Below, one piece after another: positions 10,140-22,450 of a stretch of 64,000 nt of DNA. The stretch comes from Epithemia pelagica. Taxonomy: Eukaryota; Protista; Bacillariophyta. How positions within the stretch are numbered: the first letter of the stretch is position 1; the number at the start of each line of letters is the position of its first letter. Location of the stretch: assembly GCA_946965045.2 (NCBI GenBank), contig OX337238.1:558001-622000 (forward strand), in the 5' to 3' direction. Below the pieces are notes generated by a model. That model did not search any database and had not been told where the DNA came from. It was given only the letters and a program-made list of their open reading frames with translations. A program made the translations under genes and the position numbers.

Positions 10140-13100
10140 TTACTCTTCAACATTTTCCATTGGTCTCGTCGACGGATCCATTGGTCTCGACTTATCCATT
10201 GGTCTCGACTTATCCATTGGTCTCGACACGGGAGAGAGAGTTTTGGACGGTGCCTCGGTATCGTCGAGCTTGGCCTTGCTCGCTAGTTTCTTCCCTAGAT
10301 TCCCGGTATCTGTTACGATTTCTTTCCCCGCACCCACAAACTCTTCTCCAACATCCATGACTTCTTCACCGACGCCCATTCCGACACCCAACACACCACG
10401 TCGTACTTCGCCCCGGTAGATCTTCTTTTCCTCCTCTCGCCGTTCTTCCTCCTCTTCCGCTTCAATCACCGCGTCCGTTCGCCGTTCATCATGAAACACG
10501 CGGTATTTTGTGAGCCACGGCATGATGGCAACCACCAACAATTGACGCCACGCAACACCGGCGTTGGTCATGAAACGGTCGCCATGCCGCAGCTTCATGA
10601 GATACATTTGAGAGAGTCTTTCAATGTAGGGGTGACGATGAGCGTCGTGAACTAAAAGGTCTTTGATGAAGTGAGTTGGAACATAATCAAACGCATAGCC
10701 TGTCAACGAAGCAATCATTGTGAGCAACGTAGTCCATGGTATCCCAGCATTTGTTAATGTGTCGCGTACCGAAAAGTTGAACATCCTGCAGTATGTCAAG
10801 GTCGGTATAGAAATCGAGAGTAAGATGCATGGCGGTGTGTCAAACGAGAGAAGGGTGCTTGAACTTACCTCGGACAAAAACTTAACATCGATGCGGCCTG
10901 TCCAAAACAAAGCGGCAAACAAGAACTGTGTCACTCGTGCCAACAAAACGGAACCTGCAATACCAATGAACCAACATTCCAGCGCAAGCGAGGATATATT
11001 CGCAGCAAATGGCCGAGTTCTGTAATATGACCGGTATTGAATCATGCGACATGTCATGGTCAAAAGCATCTTCAAGCCTACTGTGATGGAAAGACCAATA
11101 CACCACGCAAGGAAGAGCATCGCTCCTCTCTTCAAACAGAGCGAAAGAGAGGCCTGTAAGGTATCGTCTACAACCCATCCGGCATGGTCCAGCTCGTTCG
11201 TGATCTTACCGAGGTTACGGGCCAGAAAAACAGAAAAATGACTCCACCGACAACGATGTAGAACAACCCTGCACTACCTGCCATTCCATAAACTGCGTTT
11301 CCAATATTCATGTACGTCTGTGGCAACAACAATATATGTGAGATTGGTCATTTTTCGTTTGGAAGTGGGTCGAGCAATTGTCTGCGTACCAGGTCAACCG
11401 CCGTTCGATACGCTTCAAAGTAGGGCGACCCCAACGACGGCAATGCCTTGCAACGGTACTTGAGAATAGTCGACACCGAACTGCAGTTTTCAAAAAGGAA
11501 TGGATAAGAATACAAAGGGATCACTGGGTGACGTCCACGGTCTTCGAAAAACAAGGAAACGTACCTTGGAATGTATAAAAGAGCAATCATGGACATGATG
11601 ACAATAGCCACAACGGCAGCCGGAAAGAACGATTTTCGAACCATTTCACCGGTCGGGAAAATGTTCATTATGGAATCAGGATAGTCGTCTTCAGCTAAGG
11701 AGTTTCGGTAATCATCAGCCTCTTGGGCCAGACGCTCCGCTATCAGAAAGAAGAAAACGGAGAGAAAAAGCCCGGTGATTAGTTGGGAGATCTGAATGAC
11801 GACGAGCCTTGTATTCAACCAAAGCCCTTCTTCGCGGAATAAACTTCCATCAATGAGTCGCCAGAACGTCCAGAGAATCCCTCCCATGTCTACAAACTTT
11901 TCCCCGTAGAGAATGTAATTCCTTGATGTTTGATCCCTTGTTCCCGATAGTTCTTTCTTGCGCGCATTCGAAAGTTTGGCGTTTCGACTCAGTGAGACAT
12001 CCTCCAGCTGATGAAGTTTCAGGGCGTTGGCAACCATGCTGGTAACCTTGCGCCGGGCGGCACGATGCATACGAGATTCCGCGTTCCATGACGACGGTGC
12101 CGCCGTCATACGGAGAGGCTGATGCAATTCGCCAGGATGTTTGTCCTTTGACAAACAAGAAATGATTGCTTGAAATGCAAAAAAGAGAGTGAGAACCATA
12201 CCCAAAGCGAATGCGAATTCTTCTGCCATGGTAGTTGAGAATTTCTGGCCGCTTCGTTCAACTAACCCGTACGGCACACTGCAGTTGTTTTCAAGCACAA
12301 AAGATGAGCATGAGAGATGCAAGCATGGGTTTCCAAGACAACACTAACCAGGACTCACACAGCGTATGTCAACGCAACTCCAACAGCGAAAAGTTGACCT
12401 TTCGGAGTCCGATTGGAAGGGTCATTTCCGAGACTCAAGGGAATCATGAAGAGCAACCCAATACAAGCCAGACATATTCCGAGTGCAGCCCTATTGAGTC
12501 CCATCAAAATACAGAGGAAGTGTGAGTCTCACTCAAAAAAGTAGCACAACGGGCACAATCCGACGATGAAGCAGTACCATGATAGAATTGTTTCGGCCAC
12601 TTGGCACCAAAAGTCGTCGCGAACACAAGTTTTATCCACATCAATAAATTCGTAAATATATCTCCCACTGAAAAGAGTTGGGAACAAAAAGAATGAGAGG
12701 GACCAACCGAGATACCCCGGTAGCAACAGACCCTGTTTTACTTACTACACAACGATGCTGTATGGCGAAAGGCAAACCGAAGGAATTGTTAGACCACACA
12801 CCGGCTCCGCGTAGAAGAACAGCACTCGCACTCTCAAGGACGTACTTTAGAATGAAAAACAATATCGTCAAGGAGACGGACGTCAGTGAAAGTTGAGTGT
12901 CCACCACAAAGTCTAACGCAGATAACTTTGTATTAAAGTCGGGTTTGTCCTGTTTCCGTTTACCCCTCGAAAACCTGGACCCATTCTTTTGGAAAAACCC
13001 ATGCCTTGTCGTCGTCGTCTTTGGATCATTTGGAATGGGTTCCAGTGCCTCTTCTTCATCAATAGGCTGCAACGAGTGTGCCATGCGTTCCGCATCCTTG

Positions 13101-15028
13101 TTGCTGTTATTATTGTCGTCGTCCTTGTCGTCCTTCGTGGTCGTGGCGACCAATTGGGTGGTGTGACAGGGCACACGTTCCCGAAAGACATCGTAAAAAA
13201 AGGTGGACGGCAGATTCTCATTGGTTGGATCCCAGCAGTCGTTTAAATCGTACGAAATGGCCTGAATGAGGGCCTCGAGGTCCAAACACCCCGACGGCGA
13301 CTGTGCCGCCGCCACCATTTCTTGGACCAATTCCCGATTGACGGCTCGCTCAATTTCACCATGGGATACCAGCAAGAGTTGGACCAAGGATTCGTCCACC
13401 ACGGGTGCCTGGACGGTAAAAGACTTTAACAGTGCGGTTCGCGCCATTTCGACAATTTGTCGTGACGAGTATTGGTCCGAATCTTGTTGGTAATTGGGAA
13501 TGTGAAGTTTGCGTCGACCAAATTCCAAGAGACGAGACACGATCAAGAATCGGTTCTTGGGTTTTGGTTCTGGCGCGGGAACATTGTCCTGGGCCTCTTG
13601 TGCCAATCGGGCCAAGGTCGGTGTCATGATGGTGGTCAACACCTGCACCAGGTCGAGAAATTGTGGTACCGTTTCCCGTTCGGGATAGGGAGCCGAGTCG
13701 GACCGGTCCGAACCTGGTTTCCGATGATTGGTTTCTTGTGGTTCCTCCTCGACAGGACCTGATGGTTGTGGAGAAGGGCCATTGGGCTCGGTGGATCCAT
13801 TTTGTTGTTGCAGAGCATTCCAATCATTCTCGTCGTCGTCTGGATCATGGACCGATACTGCAGTACGTTCTGGGTCCATTTCTTCCTCGTCGTCGGCGAC
13901 CGTCTCGACTTGAGGAAAGCCAGTTGCTCGACCCGTCCAGGTTTCCGGTTCGCCTTCACTGGGTTCTGCAAATTGCTGTTGCTGTTGTTGTTCATTAGTT
14001 GTGGATGCGGTTCGGACAGTCTCCAGGGTGGTGGATACGGTAGTTGGGGCCACGACCTGAAGTTCGTGCCGTGCCTGGGACCGTGTCTGGGACGCGGCGG
14101 CACCCACGAACGAGAGTGGAGTGGTACTGAGAATGCTGCGGCTGTGTCGAACCACCTGTTCCTGAAGTTCCTGCGTAATGGCATCTTGCAACAAACGTAA
14201 ACTCCCATCGTCAATGGATCCAAGTTGATTGGCGGCATGCAAGGTACTCAATTGACCCATTAACTTGTTCAATGGCACAGTGTTGTGGTTGTTGTTGTTG
14301 TTGTTGTTGTTGTTGTCATCATGGTCGTCGTCGTTGGCGGTCGACAAGGTGGATGCCGTCAGGGGTATCGACAAAGTGGGACTGGTGGAAGGAGCCCCTT
14401 GGATCCGGTCCCACTCGTCGTGGGACAACGAGTTGGTAGTCACCTGCAAACTCGTTGTAGCATCGTGGTGACGTTCGATCTGGTTTTGTTCCTGGTTGTC
14501 GGTCATGGACTCGTGCGAGTAAGAGGCATGTCCATGCGCGGCATCTGTCGTAGTACTACCACCATGCTCGGTTGCTGCTGCCGCATTCGAGGGGTCGACT
14601 GCAGCGAACGATGGTGGATTGCGAAAGGGGGCTTTTTGAATCCCCTGCACTGCCAGGCTCCACCACTGATCCAATTGATGGTAGGTGCCCTTGGCGGTGG
14701 CGGTGGCAATGGGAAAATATCGTTCGGCGGCACTCGTGGGGCTCTGTGGTTGGCTCGAGTGACGACTGGTTGTCGTTGTCGTGGTCTGGGAGACACCGGG
14801 TTGCTCCGGTACCCCATCGCCTCCTCCCAACGCTTGCACCACTTGGACGGCTTGGTCATGGGAAATGTCCAAGGAATAGCGACTTTTCAAGAGCGACTTG
14901 ACATCTTGCGACGATATCGTGGCATTGGATCGGGTTTCCTTGGACGTTTGATGCAAGGCAATGATATATTCCAATTCCTTGACATCGGCCGCTGCTCCCA
15001 CGGGTTGCGAAAAGCGACACCCAAACAT
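10140..15028 (-). CDS. Calmodulin-like(degenerate)-STRA6/RBP-receptor-like multi-pass membrane protein, copy 1 (~1388 aa)
   Basis: Hand-built exons: 15028-12846, 12757-12746, 12667-12578, 12490-12359, 12278-11565, 11480-11390, 11317-11210, 11129-10869, 10785-10770, 10699-10140. All introns are GT-AG and the total is 4167 nt, in frame. About 9 hydrophobic segments. C-terminal GRID..D....[16 protein letters not shown]...[18 protein letters not shown]. Confidence 0.75.
10156..10227. repeat. 18-nt coding minisatellite (SRPMDK x3-4) at C-terminus of copy 1
   Basis: tccattggtctcga units start at 10156, 10177, 10195 and 10213. Absent from copy 2. Confidence 0.85.
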
Positions 15029-15598
15029 GACACGGACGACAACGACGACGTGCCGATCCAATCCCTGCCTCGTTGGTGTCGACACCCAACACTCACACAC
15101 ACGCCGATTCGGGGGTCGTCCTCAGTGCAGGGTTGGGCCAACCACCTCGAGTAGTAGATACTCCAAGCTATGCACGCCACCGCCACTTTCAATGTTGCTG
15201 CTCGATAGACAGTCCAACCAACGAATGCGTGGATTTCATTTAGTTGTCCTCTCCAAGCTTTCAAAAGAGGGCAAGCTCACACTCTCCTCTGTCGAACCGG
15301 TGGACAAAAATCTCCAATAAATGAGAGACGGTTCCAGGATATTTTTGGGGCCGTTGAACATCAACCACAACGGATGAGATTCTCCCCCTTTTTAAGTCGC
15401 ACATGAGTCGTTTCCGATTACTCCTTCCCGCTAGGGATTGTTGTAGATCGGGAGCTAGAGGTGCGGGACTGATTGAGGTGCGGGACGGAGGTGCGAAAGA
15501 TAGGCGGGGTGGTATCCCCCATAGAGTGGGGGGAGAAGATATCATTCTTTGTTGATGCCGATTGCGCAAAAACCACAAAAAGGTATCACTCTGGCTGG

Positions 15599-17290
15599 AT
15601 GATTGGAACCATGTATGCCATACCGTTCCCGTCGACGATGAATTCTCGTGCCTTGTCTCGTGCCGGCACTGTCACGAATCGAAGAGGTCCTTTCTCCGTG
15701 GTGGTGGCGGTTCGTTCCCTAATGATAATGATGATGATGATGATGGTGGTCTGTCATGCCAACCAGCAGGCCCCCACCAACAACAACAAGAAGGAGCCGC
15801 AAGCAACCACAACGCCCACCCTGGATGCTCCTCGTTATCATCGTCGGCGATTCCCTCGATTTCATGTGTTGGGACCCGTCATTACCATGACACTCAAAGA
15901 TCCCTCTGCTTCCAACACGAACAATAACAACCAACAAGCCATGTCGTCCCCATCCGTGTCAACGGCGACAACGATTCCAGACAAGAAGAAGAAGAACAAA
16001 CATCATCAACAACAACAAGTATCTCCGCATCGATCGGGGTATTATCCTCCCGCCACCATTCCCACCACGTCCTCCTCCTCCGTTCGGGTGTCGGATTCGG
16101 CTCCGTCCTTGGTCATTCTCAAAACCTTGATATCCTCCATTCGTCCCAAAGCCACCTGGAGTCTGGAATGGGTCCCAACCAAGCAGCAGCAACAAGAGGA
16201 TGCGTTTCCTGCGAATACAAGCACGACCAACTCCCAGGACGCATCCCAATCATCCTCATCAACAACCAAGGGAGGAACCGCTGCCACTCCTTCCAAATCA
16301 TCACAACCGCCCAAGCAGCCAGCAGAACCACAACCACAACCAAAAGAACGTTCTCGAACCTGGATGCCCACCCTGGAACAGGTTTACGCCAATCTTACCT
16401 ACGAGTATCCCTCCCTCCCCTATTTTGCCCCCACGGACGTTCAAACTACGTGTCACTTTCGGACCCGGGTGGGCGACCTGTGGTTCCAACCCCGTTGGAA
16501 TCTGGCGACACACGAAACGGAATGGGATGTGTCGGTGTCACGAGGGACGTCATTTGTTCTCACGCGATTGGGGGGTCGTCGTCGTCCGTGGAGCGAGTCG
16601 GTGGACGGGACGGGACACGATTCTTTCGACCACGAGGCATCCTCCGTGCCCTTGCCCTGGATCCCTCGACTGTCTCTCAAATCCTTGGTGGGATCCTTTA
16701 CCGTGGCCCTCCCCGACAACAAGGCCCTTCATTCCATTCGATTCCGTCCCCAAATTGACTTTACCTCGTCCTACGCCGATGTATCCTGTCAAGTCCATGC
16801 CTCGTGTGGACCCCACCCACGGGACGACAACGACAATGACGACCACCATTGTCCACCGACCCAAGCCATTTTGAATTTGGACTACACCAATCCCACCTTG
16901 ACCGTCGTTCATCCCCTCAATGCATGGAACACGGTATCGCCTTCGATTGCCATTTATACCGCTCGCATCACCTATCAATGGCATGTCAAATTGACCCCCG
17001 ATGGTTCCTCCTCCCTTACCACCAAAATTGATCCCCTGGATGCCATTACCATGACCTGGACCGATCCCTGTCAATTGGGAGGAGGATCGTGGGTGGCCGA
17101 TGTGCGATTGCCCATTGGTGGTTCGTTGGCCGCCTGGCAATCACCGGCGGCTGGACCACACGGGTCGTCGTCGTCGTCGTCCTGGGACGCATGGCCCACT
17201 GCCGACAGTGGTGGTGGGGGAGGTCGCGTGAGTGCGCTGGCCACGGCCTTGACGGCCGATATTCGAATTCGACGACAATTCAAGTTTTAG
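15599..17290 (+). CDS. Signal-peptide protein with beta-strand-rich C-terminal domain (candidate beta-barrel)
   Basis: Hydrophobic VVVAVRSLMIMMMMMMVVCHA segment, a disordered linker, then alternating strands (LWFQPRWNL, EWDVSVSRG, ITYQWHVKL, ITMTWTDP, WVADVRLP) ending in DIRIRRQFKF. Start could be 15599, 15611 or 15638. Confidence 0.7.
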   Translation: MIGTMYAIPFPSTMNSRALSRAGTVTNRRGPFSVVVAVRSLMIMMMMMMVVCHANQQAPTNNNKKEPQATTTPTLDAPRYHRRRFPRFHVLGPVITMTLKDPSASNTNNNNQQAMSSPSVSTATTIPDKKKKNKHHQQQQVSPHRSGYYPPATIPTTSSSSVRVSDSAPSLVILKTLISSIRPKATWSLEWVPTKQQQQEDAFPANTSTTNSQDASQSSSSTTKGGTAATPSKSSQPPKQPAEPQPQPKERSRTWMPTLEQVYANLTYEYPSLPYFAPTDVQTTCHFRTRVGDLWFQPRWNLATHETEWDVSVSRGTSFVLTRLGGRRRPWSESVDGTGHDSFDHEASSVPLPWIPRLSLKSLVGSFTVALPDNKALHSIRFRPQIDFTSSYADVSCQVHASCGPHPRDDNDNDDHHCPPTQAILNLDYTNPTLTVVHPLNAWNTVSPSIAIYTARITYQWHVKLTPDGSSSLTTKIDPLDAITMTWTDPCQLGGGSWVADVRLPIGGSLAAWQSPAAGPHGSSSSSSWDAWPTADSGGGGGRVSALATALTADIRIRRQFKF

Positions 17291-17793
17291 CACACGCATC
17301 TCTCCAAACTTCACCTACTACATACTACAACGCCCTGTATGCTGGAAAAGTGCAGAAACTTTTGTCTTACAATAATGAGCGAGGAGAGCTATTACAACGA
17401 TATATCCCATTCTAGAATGATATAACAACCACAGACGGCAAGGCAACGGGGGATGTCATTGTCGAGAGTGGGGTTGTTCCGTATACTACTCGTATCCCGT
17501 TCCACTCCAAGCAATAGGATTTAATTGCAAGATATTCCGGTGATGAGGCTCTGTCATGGCCAAAGGTTGTTTTCATCACTACTTTCAGGGGTGTACAATA
17601 CACTTTACTTTAACCAAGATACGAGCAGTGGAATACGTCTCACTCTTTTCTAAAGTCGAAGCAATACGTCATATTATAGAATCTCGACGAAATGGAGAAG
17701 CTCGGTCATACCAACGTGACGTAGAAATGTTTGTCGAAACAAAGAGAGCGATACATGCGAGACTGTCGAGGTCAATCTCGGACAACCAAGGAT

Positions 17794-20700
17794 TCACTTT
17801 TGTGTTGTTCCAGGAGCATTGTGGGAAGCCTCTGTGACCTCGTTTTCATCTTCTATATGGTCGCTGTGCTCATGGATTGGGAATGTTCCCAGAGACCGAA
17901 CCGCTTCCGTGGTCATTTGGGCGCCATTCTTGACCATTTTTCCCATTTCGTCCGCAATGTCGGTACCGGCACCGTAGAGTTCTTCTCCCACCTCCACAAC
18001 TTCTTGCGCCACTTCGTGGCCCACTTCTGTGACTCCGCCTTGCATCTGTTTGACACCTCGATATGGGTCCTGTTCATCCTCTTCTCGTTCCACCTCGAAT
18101 TCGGCTTCGAATTCGGCCGCGACGCGACGTTCGTCCAGAAAGACACGGTATTTGGTCAGCCACGGCATGATGGCCAGAATGAGCAATTGTCTCCACGCCG
18201 TGCATGCGTTGTTGACAAATTTGTCACCGTGTCGCAGCTGCATCAAGTACATTTGGGTGAGCTGTTCAATGTACGGATGACGATGAGCCTCATGCACCAG
18301 CAAGTCCTTGAAAAAGTGGTCCGGAACCAAATCAAACCCGTACCCAAAGAGAACCACATCTCGCGATAAGTACGGGACATCAATCCGTCCCACCCAAAAC
18401 AGCGCCGCGGCCAGAAATTGGGTCACACGAGCAATCAGGACGGACCCGGCGAGACCAATGTACCATACTTCGCTGGCCAGTCCGGATACTCGGGCAGCAG
18501 CAGGTTTGATTCTATAGTAGGCCCGATACTGGGCCTTGCGGCAAGCACCGGTCACAAGCATCTTGATTCCGATGGTGATACTCAATCCGATACCCCATGC
18601 GGTGATCAAAAGGGCGATATCCTGGTGACACACAGTGTGAGAACAAGATCAAGACAAGACGTGTCAAACCAATCTTTTGTCAATCGTACCTGTGTGTAGG
18701 GCCACACAAACAAGAAAATGATTAGGCCCACGACAAAATAGACCAGGAGTGCGCTTCCCAACAATCCATAGATTGCATTGGCTGTGTTCATGTAGGTCTG
18801 TGTATATTATGTGAGCGGATGAATTGTGACCACAACAACACAAACACTTTTTAGTACCGTACCATATCAACGCCCTTGCGGAATCGTTGAAAGTAGGGCG
18901 AACCCAAGGATGGCAACAGTTTCCCTCGGTATTTCAAGACAGTTGCCATCGAACTGATTAGAGAATAAACGATGAGGCAATGGCATCAAGTGAATAACAA
19001 GGCTAAACATGACTTGGAGGGCCCCAGCAGGTTCACAACGTACCTTGGAACGTAGACTATAATGAGAAATACCTTGACGACCAATGCCACAAAGGTTGCT
19101 GGGATGAACGCAGTTTCAATCATCTCTCCCGTTGGGAAAATGTCCATCACCCAATCAGGAAGGTCGACATCGGATTCCAAGTCTTCTCGAAAGTCATCCG
19201 CAATCTGAGCAAGCCTGACAGTCGCTACGAAAAACAGAGCAAACCCAACGGCGCTCATTCCAACCTGCGTCACCTGGATAACCCACAGCCTGGTGCTAAT
19301 CCACAGCCCTTCCTCGTAGAACAGGCTTCCATCGCAAGCCTTCCAAAACGTCCAGATAATTCCACCAACTTCCTCTTTGGTTTCACCATGAGTGACAAAG
19401 TTTCGAGACGTCTCGTCACGGGTATGTGCCAAGGCCATTTTCGTGGATAAGGTGAGATTCTGTTCGGTATGGACGGCAGATCCCAACTCGTCCGATTTAT
19501 GAAGTCGCAATGCATTTGTGACAATCTTGTTAATTTTGAATTGGGCAGCTCGATAAACTCGGGTTTCCGCATCCCAGGATGTGGACGTGGTCAAGAACTG
19601 TAGAAACTTGGGCAGTTTGTGCGGATGGTCTCGGTCGACAAACAACATGACAGTACCTTGAAGCAAAAACATGAACGCCAGAGCACAGCCCACGGCAAGC
19701 GTCAGATTCTGCAGCACACCATAAAACTGATAGTCCAAGTCCGATTTCACGTCCGAACTTCTGACGACATCATCCAGATTTCTCTGTACCCAGTTCACGA
19801 TACAATATGGAACGCTACAACCACAAGACAAGTTGAGTCGTTTGGTGCATCATTGCGGGCTTTGCAACGTAAGTGGCACTTACAGAGTATTGATCATGGT
19901 AAAGGTGAACGCAAAGCCTTGTCTTCGTGCGGATTGGTCGGCGGGATTGTTTCCAACACTAATCGGTAGGATATGAAACATGCCCACTGCAATGAGCAAA
20001 CAGGCAATGATCAACCTGTTCACAGTATATAATATGGTAAGAGGTCCATATACAAAACGCCATGGGAGAGACCATGGAGGCTGGCAACCACGTACCACGA
20101 ATACACAGTTTCCGAAATCATGCACCAGTACGTAGACGATGCCGAACACTGTCGGTCAAAGACCTGGGACTTGATGAAAATACCGGCGCTATCCAACAAA
20201 GTCAGGTTGTGAGTCGGAACGTCAGATATCACAATGCCGGGGGGAAGATGAGATGTACTTACTACACAGTGGCGCTGGTCGTTTGGAAAGAACAATGAAA
20301 AAGAAGAACCAAAACGTTCAAAAAGAGCAGCACACACAGTTGAGGTCCAAACTGATATAAACATCCAAAATGCAATAACATCATCGACACACTCTGTCGT
20401 CGTCGTCATCTTACATGAGAATATAGGAAACCCAAATGAGAGTGTACACAATCAGCGAGATGGAGAGATCAATGACCATATCAATCCCTAAAAAGGCTGT
20501 GGAAAACTCCAGTTTGTCGTGTCTGCAGGAATAGTAAATGGGAAATAAGCATCGGCAAACTCTACTCCACAGGGATGGCTTGTCCGTTTCGGGTTCCTCC
20601 GGTTCGGCTTGCGGCGTCGTAGGATCGCCCTCGTCCCGACTTGGTTCTCCCGGAGCTTCCACCTGTTGTGGCTGGTCGGCACGTTCTTCTGGTACATTTG

Positions 20701-22450
20701 CATGATTCTCCCGCGGGACTTTCTCAACACCTTCCTTGTTGTTGTTTGGTGCGTCGTTGTCATCTTCCTTTTGGAGCTTGGTCTTGATACTGGGAAGAGG
20801 AACCCCAAAGACATCGTAAAAAAAGGTGGTGGGTGTATCGGTACAGGTGGGATCCCACGCGGAGAGATCGGACGAAATGGCCCGGAGGAGGGAGGTTTCA
20901 TCAAACCGTCCCGAGGGTGATTGGGCCACCTGGACCATTTCGCGAACCAGTGTCAGGTCATTGGCCCGTTCAATCTCTCCATTCACCAACAAGAACAATT
21001 GCACCAAGGTTTCATCCAAGACGGGAGCTTCCTCTCCCGGAATGGTTTTCAAGAGCGCTTGTCGACCCATGTCCAATACCTCGTGGGCCGAAAACGACGG
21101 TAGGTCGTCGTCCTGGTCCAGATGGAGTTTGCGTCGACCATAGGCCACAAATCGGTTCTGGAGTTTACCCCACAAACCAGGCTCCTCCTCGTCCTCCTCT
21201 TTGGGCAGTGTGGATTCGGGTTGCTGCTCCGCCTCGTCGGCTTCGTCGGTTCCAATTTCTGGTGACGTCGTCGTCGTGGTTTTGGTGGTATTCGTCCTCG
21301 TCTCGTATGCCAGACGGGCAAATTTGGGGATCAACATGGTGGAAAGAATTTGCACGAGATCCAAATACTCGGGAAGAAGCTCGGAATCCTCTCGATGCCT
21401 AGTAGGTTCGTCGTCGGGTGGTGGGTCCACTTCCTCCTCCTCCTTGTCGTCGTTGTTGGTTGGGGGAGACGACTCAAAGAATACCGATGGTTGAACGTGT
21501 GGCAGTTCGTCTCGGTGGCTATCATCGGTTTGCGTGGATTGCGTCCAGGTAAAATCGGGGACCACATCCGAGACTTCGACTACGGATGATTTTGCATGGG
21601 ACGACTCGACAAAGGTAATTTCCATGGTTTCCGTTGTCGTCGGTTCACTCTTTTGAGTATGGTTCCTTGTGCGAGGAGGAGATGCGTCGTCATCGTTAGC
21701 CGCCGCCGCCAAGTGTTGGGCCGATTGGGTCTTTTCCACAACTCGTGCGCGTAACTCGGCCGCCACATCCTTGGTCAGCGTTGCCATGTGATGATCCTGA
21801 CTGTGGGTCTTGCCGCCAGGAGGATGACGGTTCAGGGCATGAAGTCGCCGCAATCGTTTCATGGTACTGGACATGGCATGAGACGTGGCCGTCGACAGTC
21901 GATCCAGTTTGGTCGTTGTTGTTGTGGTGGGATGAGTGGCGTTTGCGGCTGTGAAGGATTCGCCTTGCAGTATTTCATTCGAGTGAGAGGGTCGTGATGG
22001 TGATGGTGCTTCCATCAAGGAGGTTCCTTGCTCGCGTGACATTTCTCGTGACAATAATTCGGAGCCTTCTCCTCCTCCTGTCGATTCCCGAGAAGGAGTG
22101 TGATGATGATGAAAGACGGACTGAATGCCATCGACAGCCTGGTGCATCAAATGGCTCAGTTTCTTGGAATGACTGCACGATTTGGACCGTGCATCGTCGT
22201 CGTCATCATCCAAAGGGTAAATCCGATCCATGGATGTGTCTCCCCCACCCAAACGTCGCACCAACTCAATGGCCTGCTCATGAGAAATGGTGAGGGAATG
22301 ACGACTCTGGAGCAAGGCCACAATATCCATGGAAGATACCGTCGCGTTGGCACGAGTTTCCTCCGACGTTTGTTGCAAGGCAATCACATATTCCAGTTCC
22401 TTCACGTCCGCGCCTGCGCCCACCGATCGCTCAAAGCGAAGACCCGACAT
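17794..22450 (-). CDS. Calmodulin-like(degenerate)-STRA6/RBP-receptor-like multi-pass membrane protein, copy 2 (~1356 aa)
   Basis: Exons: 22450-20415, 20274-20263, 20188-20096, 20015-19884, 19814-19044, 18953-18863, 18797-18690, 18621-17794; total 4071 nt, in frame. Exons of 12, 132, 91 and 108 nt match copy 1 in length and phase. Confidence 0.78.
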
